The notes beneath the pieces are model-generated. The model searched no databases, was not told the origin of the DNA, and saw only the letters and a program-made list of their open reading frames with translations. From Parcubacteria group bacterium GW2011_GWA2_40_23 (GTDB lineage: Bacteria; Patescibacteriota; Patescibacteriia; UBA11705; JABHMO01), in contig LBYP01000005.1 in NCBI GenBank assembly GCA_000996245.1, positions 10,305-74,304 on the forward strand: DNA of 64,000 bases, written 5' to 3'. The translations under genes were made by a program, and so were the position numbers. Every line of letters starts with the position of its first letter. The stretch's first letter is position 1. Of the stretch, positions 58,237 through 64,000 are shown piece after piece.

Positions 58237-60204
58237 ATGTTCGAACTCAAAAATTTGATCCAAAAAGACAAGCCGCCAGCTCAAATTGAGGCTGAAAAAG
58301 CTAATCCGGAAATTAAGGCAGAATACCACAAGCAGGTAATGGAAGTGATACTCGAGCGAGCCGAAAAGATCCTCTGGGAAAATCCAAATGCTGGTTGGCC
58401 TGATTTAGTTCAGCAAATTCTCGAAGCAGCGATCGAGGTCGGTGCAAAGCCAAGTGCAGTTCAACGTAAATGGGTCGAGGAAACCGTTCAGCAATGGATT
58501 GATGATGTGGGGAAGGAAATAACTGTGATAGAAGCTTTGGCAGATGAAGCTTTTAACGCCAATGTTTATCCGTCTGGTCCAAACGATAAAGCTTGGGATG
58601 ACGAAAAAGCGAAAGAGCAACAACGTTTCGATGATAACCAGGAACCCTGGTTGTTGTTTGAGACTGATAGATGGATTCAGCAAGCCTTGTTACATAAATT
58701 ACCAACAATTAGTAAGGAGCCGAAAGACTTTGTTTTCCGTTCTGACCATCCGCCGATGATTGTGATTCAGTGTTTGGAGAAGTCAGATTATGAGGCTCTT
58801 TATAAATTTAAGAGTGTCGATAATGATCGTTGGAAATCAACTGATGGGTTTGTCCCAATGGATTCTCTTCTTCTGGATTCAACGCACCCGATTTATAGTA
58901 ATTTAAAAGGGTGTATTACCATTGTTCGATCTGCAAGCGAAGACACTAAACTACATGAGGAACAGCATCTTTTTTATGAACGTTATGTTGAGACTAAAAA
59001 AACAAATAATTTACGAGCCCTTGATGAACTAGCTGCATATTTAAAAGAGGGTCGCTATGATTTCACAACCAAAGGAATTTTTAGTCATATTTCTGAGGAG
59101 TCAGTGGTGGGTCTTTAAAAACAAATTTATGATCCAGATTGGCAGCAAGTAGTAAATCAAATTTTACGTTTGAAATATTTTGGCATCCCAGCTGAATCAT
59201 TATGGTCTCGGGTTGCGGCCTGTGAGGATCTAAAAGAATTGGCCCGACGTTTAGAAAAAGTAGAAGTGGATCCAACGCACTTTGATTTTGATGTAGCAAC
59301 TCAAAATGGAAGCTCTCTGACTTGGGTGCTTGAAAATTATAGAATGTTACCCGAGGCAGTTCATGAGAAAATAAAGCCGAAGGAAGCTGAGGAACAAGTG
59401 AAGCAGGATTTTGATTTTTTACAGCTAGCTGAAATGAATGATGCCCTGGATGCCATGGATAAGAATGAAAATGCATTGTCATCATTTGGTTATGATTTAG
59501 GTTTATTGACAAATATTTGGCGTAAAATAGTTGACGAAGCTTATGCTCTTGTTGAGGCCTTTCCTGAGCTGAAAGAGAAGGAGTGGGGAAGAAAATCATT
59601 TGCAAATCCGGATCAAAAAGTATCAGTTATTGATAGTGATTTATTGATAAGATTGAGAACTGCAGCTGATTATTTTAGTACTATTATGCCTCCAGTTCCC
59701 TTGCCTGAATTTTTAGGTACTGATACCTGGGGAGAAACAATAACCAAAATGGAAGAATTTAGAGACAAGCTTGACTGGGCTTCTTCTACCCAAGACAAGA
59801 TTAATCAATTAGAATGGTCTTTCCGTGCTTCTCAAAATAAAATCCCTCGGTTAATTGAAAAACATTTTGGTGTTAAGGGTTTTAACAAAATCTCTTTTAG
59901 CGAAGCAGCTTCTTTGATAGAGGAGCTTATTTCTGCAATCAGGTGGAGAACCGCGGAAACAGAAAACATGAAAAGAGTTTCTGGGGTTTTGGAAGAACAG
60001 ATGAAGAGCGACTGGGACGATGAAGGTGAAATATTTAATGATAGTCAAGATTCATCTTTGATGGATCCGTTTGAAGCTCATCAATATTTTAAAGAAGAGT
60101 TGGCTAAACAACAGCAATATTTGGCCGAGCATTATCCTGAATCATTGTTAAATAATCCTGATGAATTGGCGGCAATTGTGGCTGCAAGATTCCCAAATAA
60201 TTAA
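58237..60204 (+). pseudogene. large protein with HExxH metallopeptidase motif, split by an in-frame TAA
   Basis: LHEEQH...DELAAY; TAA at 59116-59118, then the same frame stays open to 60204. Confidence 0.55.
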
Positions 60205-60250
60205 TATCTTTAGTTATAAAAAGTTCCCCATGCTGGGGAACTTTTTTAGT

Positions 60251-60943
60251 TTAGTTTTTTGATTTTTCTTTCCGCCACTCAGCAATTTTTTTATGATGTC
60301 CAGACAACAGTACTTCTGGCACTTTTAATCTTTTAGTTACTTGTTTTTTTGTTTTTTTGTTTTTTTGATTAAGTCCTCTCCTGTATGTAAATACTTCGGG
60401 TCGCGAATACTGCGGATATTCCAGATATCCTGGCGTCGAATGCGATTCTTCGTCCAGCGATTCGATTTTTCCTAGGACGCCAGGGATTAACCTCGTCACT
60501 GAGTCGATGATAACCGCCGCGCCAAGTTCTCCTCCAGTCAAAACATAATTTCCGATAGAGATTTCTTCGTCGACAAATTCAAGAATGCGTTCGTCATGTC
60601 CCTCATATCTTGGACAAATAAAAATAAGTTGATCGAGTTTAGAAAATTTTTGAGCCATTTGCTGATTCCAGGTTTTACCTTTGGCGGAAAGTAATATGAT
60701 TTTTGATTTTTTAGCTCGTCGAATTTTTTTCAGCGCTTTATAAATTGGTTCAACCATCATGACTTGACCAGGTCCGCCGCCATAAGGTCTGTCGTCCACA
60801 GTACCGTGATTGTCGACAGCATAGTCGCGCAAGTTGTGCATTTTAAAACTGACTATTTTCTTTTCTTGGGCAATCCGAATCATGCCCTTTTCAATGTAAG
60901 AGTCGAGGATTTCGGGGAAGATTGTGAGGATTTCGAATTTCAT
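60251..60943 (-). CDS. trmD: tRNA (guanine-N1)-methyltransferase
   Basis: VDDRPYGGGPG, RYEG.DER, SIGNYVLTGGE, LEYPQYSRP. Confidence 0.97.
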   Translation of the reverse strand: MKFEILTIFPEILDSYIEKGMIRIAQEKKIVSFKMHNLRDYAVDNHGTVDDRPYGGGPGQVMMVEPIYKALKKIRRAKKSKIILLSAKGKTWNQQMAQKFSKLDQLIFICPRYEGHDERILEFVDEEISIGNYVLTGGELGAAVIIDSVTRLIPGVLGKIESLDEESHSTPGYLEYPQYSRPEVFTYRRGLNQKNKKTKKQVTKRLKVPEVLLSGHHKKIAEWRKEKSKN

Positions 60944-61004
60944 ATATTTTTGTTGTTGTAAATGTTGTATCGTTTCACTTGTTGAAATTGTTTACTGCTT
61001 TCAT

Positions 61005-61100
61005 TGTCATCCTGCCCCGGACTAGATCCGGGGTTTTTAGTATCTGTTGACTCCATCGAGACGGGATTTTTGCAGATGCTGAAACGAGTTCAGCATGACA
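61005..61100. repeat. TGTCATCCTG...CAGCATGACA palindromic element with nested CCTGCCCCGGACTAGATCCGGGG hairpin
   Basis: Inverted termini and internal hairpins. Confidence 0.65.
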
Positions 61101-61182
61101 GTCAAATTATAGCTGATTATTGAGCAAAAAGAAAAACCACATTTTTGTGTGGTTTTTCTGATTGTATTTGAGAACGTTTTGC

Positions 61183-61506
61183 TTAGATTTTTAAATCATC
61201 AACAACGTCTGTATCAATAACACTTTCTGGACGGACATCTTCTCGTCTAACTCTTGTTGAACCTTCTGGTTCATTGATCTTTAAGTTAACGCGAGCGTTG
61301 TTTTGTGCGCCGACAATCTTTAAAAGAGTGCGGATAGACTTGGCTGTTTGACCTTGTTTACCGATGACATAACCCATGTCTGCTGGGTTGATATCAAGTG
61401 ATAATAGAACACCGCGTTCATCGATAGTACGAGTGATTTTGACATCGTTAGGGAACTGAACGATTCCTTTAACAATGTACTCTAGGAAGATTTGATCTTT
61501 TTCCAT
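61183..61506 (-). CDS. khpA: KH-domain RNA-binding protein KhpA
   Basis: DMGYVIGKQGQTAKSIRTLL; lies between rpsP and trmD. Confidence 0.9.
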   Translation of the reverse strand: MEKDQIFLEYIVKGIVQFPNDVKITRTIDERGVLLSLDINPADMGYVIGKQGQTAKSIRTLLKIVGAQNNARVNLKINEPEGSTRVRREDVRPESVIDTDVVDDLKI

Positions 61507-61628
61507 AGGATTCTTTACTCACAATTAATTTTTAACAAGATCGGTTCAAATTTCTGGAAATTTTATTCCCGCTAGTTTGAAAGATCTATGTACATTATAT
61601 CAAATAATATAACTTTTGTCAATCGTCT

Positions 61629-62069
61629 TTATGCTTGTGGAGCAGCTGGTTCAGCAGGTTTTTCTTCAACTGGAGCAGCTACTTCGACTGGTTTCTCTTC
61701 AACTACTGGAGCAACAGGTTCTACCGGTTTAGCAGCTGCAGCTTTCTTTTCAGCTTCAGCAGTAGCTGTTTTTGCTTTTTGAGCTAGTTTATCTTTACGT
61801 TTTTTGCTTAAGCGGGAAACGCGTTTCTTTTCTCCAGTGATAATGCCTTGAGATACCAAGAGGTTATAAACTGAGCTAGTTGGTTGAGCACCCTTACCTA
61901 AATATTCTTTGATGCGTTCAGCTTCTAACTTTATTTCTTTAGTTCTTGGATTATAGTTGCCTACGTTTTCTAGAACTCGGCCCCATGGATCTTTCATTTT
62001 GTCGACAATAACAAGACGGAAGTAGGGGTAACTTTTTTTGCCTGTACGAGATAATTTGATAGCTAACAT
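61629..62069 (-). CDS. rpsP: 30S ribosomal protein S16 with C-terminal Ala/Glu/Pro extension
   Basis: MLAIKLSRTGKK..PYFRLV, GNYNP, GAQPT. Confidence 0.95.
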   Translation of the reverse strand: MLAIKLSRTGKKSYPYFRLVIVDKMKDPWGRVLENVGNYNPRTKEIKLEAERIKEYLGKGAQPTSSVYNLLVSQGIITGEKKRVSRLSKKRKDKLAQKAKTATAEAEKKAAAAKPVEPVAPVVEEKPVEVAAPVEEKPAEPAAPQA

Positions 62070-62501
62070 AATTTAAGTTATAAGTTATAAGCGAGATAAG
62101 TTTTAAGCTTTTTTTAAATTACTTATAACTTGTCTCTCTAATTGATATTTTTAATGAAATATTTTTTATTGGTTTACCCTGAAGTTAAAAAGAGAATACT
62201 TTTTATACTGCAGGGTGACTTGATAATAACTTTTTTTATTCAATAAGTCAATGGTATTGGCGTTTTGACAAAGAATAGCGTTTGTGGGGAAGGGATTGCA
62301 TTTTTTGAGATTGTATGATAATATTTTGCTCACATTTGGCTATTTGAAGAGCTAGGTGGGAAGGCTATGTCAGTTATTGACAAAGTCTTAAAAATATGCT
62401 ATTATAGTAGGTCGTTTAATTAAAGCTGGACTAGGGTTATTAGGTGCTTTCTGAGCTTTTCATGAAGCCTAAATATACGCTAGTTTTAGCAAAAATTTAG
62501 T

Positions 62502-63047
62502 ATGAACTTACGTAAAGTGATAGATTCATCTTTATCTAAAGAGATCAAAACAGCCTTAGTGCTGGTTCTTATAGTGTTTGCTTTTAACATGACAGTACCT
62601 CAGCCGACGTATGCGTTTAGCTTTCCAAAAGCTGATGCTGTGAAGCAATATGTGTTACGAAGCTCTGTCCCTCTTGATCTTTTGACTGAGCGGTTCATCG
62701 ATGAAGAATTTGGCTTTGCTAAAGATGTGCCAGACGTGAAGGTTCTTAGAACTCACACTGTCGTAGCAACAGCTTATTCAAGCGATCCTGCACAAACCGA
62801 TAATACTCCTTGTATCACTGCCAACGGCTATGATGTTTGTAAGAGTGGTGAGGAAAATGTGATTGCAGCTAACTTTTTACGCTTTGGTACCAAGGTCAGA
62901 ATCCCTGAACTTTACGGTGACAAAGTGTTTACAGTTCAAGATAGAATGAATACCAAATATAACTCTCGTGTCGACTTTTGGAAGACTTCAAGAAATCGTG
63001 CGATTACCTTTGGCAAGAGATTAATAACAATTGAAGTGATTGAATAA
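62502..63047 (+). CDS. 3D-domain cell-wall protein
   Basis: ATAYSS..QTD.TPCITANG, AANFL.FGTKV, VQDRM, DFW. Confidence 0.85.
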   Translation: MNLRKVIDSSLSKEIKTALVLVLIVFAFNMTVPQPTYAFSFPKADAVKQYVLRSSVPLDLLTERFIDEEFGFAKDVPDVKVLRTHTVVATAYSSDPAQTDNTPCITANGYDVCKSGEENVIAANFLRFGTKVRIPELYGDKVFTVQDRMNTKYNSRVDFWKTSRNRAITFGKRLITIEVIE

Positions 63048-63149
63048 TTCAACAAATAAAAATGTCCCGTTTATACGGGATATTTTTTTTACAATCAATG
63101 GCTTGCCACGAAAAAGTAGGGAACAAAAATCTTTGTTCCCTACTTTTTT

Positions 63150-63224
63150 TGGAGGCCTGGGTCGGGATTGAACCGACGAATAACGGTTTTGCAAACCGGT
63201 GCCTTACCACTTGGCGACCAGGCC
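63150..63224 (-). tRNA. tRNA-Cys(GCA)
   Basis: GGCCTGG..CCAGGCC-TCCA; anticodon GCA. Confidence 0.93.
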
Positions 63225-63463
63225 ATTAATATTTTCTGTCGCCCGATTACACTTGCCTGCCCCGCATTCGAACGTAGTGAGTAGTGCGGGGGCGACCAGG
63301 CCACGCGAGATTATAATAACATGTAAAATCCATCTTTGCAACGGACAAAAATTGTTCAAGAATATCCTCAGCATGGGATTTTTTGATTGACATTATCATC
63401 AATCTTGAATAACATTGATGAGGTGCTTGTGGTGCCTTTAACCTGCCTTTGAAGGAGGCATTC

Positions 63464-64000
63464 ATGGATCGGTTACGAGCGAGTTTGGGAACAGCGAGAC
63501 GCGTTGCGGTTGTCTGCAACCAGTGGGGAGACACTGGTAAGGGCAAGATCGTGGATCTCTGGGTTGACTCGATGTTGAAGCAATCACACAAAGCAGTGTA
63601 CTGTTTCCGTGGCATCGGTGGCCCGAACGCTGGACATACCGTTGTTGCAGACGGTAAAACGGTTGTCTTGCATTCGTTGCCGAGTGGTGTTTTGCATGAC
63701 GCTGAGGGTTGTCGTTCTGTCATTGGTCCTGGCGCAGTGATCGACCCGCGTGCGACTGTTGCGGAGTTGGATGAGTTGGCAACGCTTTGTGGTCTCGATG
63801 TTCATTGTCTTTCGATTTCTCATATGGCTCCACTTATCCTTCCGCATCACATTCTGATTGACCGTGTTAAAGAAAAGACACAAGGGATTGGAACTACCGG
63901 TCGTGGCATTGGTCCCGCATATGCGGATTTGGTTGGGCGTAACGCAATTTTGATTAACGACTTGTTGAACCCGGAGAGCTTGAAAGAAAAACTCCAAGCA
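63464..64000 (+). CDS. purA: adenylosuccinate synthetase (partial, runs off window)
   Basis: QWGDTGKGKIVD, GGPNAGHTV, LPSG, IGTTGRGIGPAYAD; AAGGAGG SD. Confidence 0.93.
   Translation, partial: MDRLRASLGTARRVAVVCNQWGDTGKGKIVDLWVDSMLKQSHKAVYCFRGIGGPNAGHTVVADGKTVVLHSLPSGVLHDAEGCRSVIGPGAVIDPRATVAELDELATLCGLDVHCLSISHMAPLILPHHILIDRVKEKTQGIGTTGRGIGPAYADLVGRNAILINDLLNPESLKEKLQA

Noticed and set aside
63247-63997. Minus-strand ORFs 63247-63723 and 63584-63997
   Set aside because: Antisense to purA, which the ORF track missed because it runs off the window

Overview
Bacterial chromosomal DNA, most likely Patescibacteria/CPR (inferred from a divergent 16S unlinked from 23S, CPR-style TrmB regulators and dense REP-like palindromes). 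AT-rich core genes (holA partial, polA, ychF, pilB, tsaE/tsaD, rlmI, metK, trmD-khpA-rpsP), a partial purA, one 16S gene and 8 tRNAs are interleaved with long AT-rich arrays of small enzymes and with GC-rich ORFan islets that carry their own sigma70 promoter, SD and terminator. Most notable: (1) a covarying bulged-hairpin element is fused to tRNA ends, pairing with the CCA or the first bases of each tRNA, with a small GIY-YIG nuclease inside the tRNA cluster; (2) a DUF3800 gene has a convergent, independently promoted structured ncRNA; (3) three in-frame TGA codons at apparent Trp positions lie within 4 kb; (4) the 16S gene lacks its 5' ~40 nt although its promoter and processing stem are intact, and it has a variant anti-SD. 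All calls come from reading the sequence by eye; no database searches or folding programs were run.
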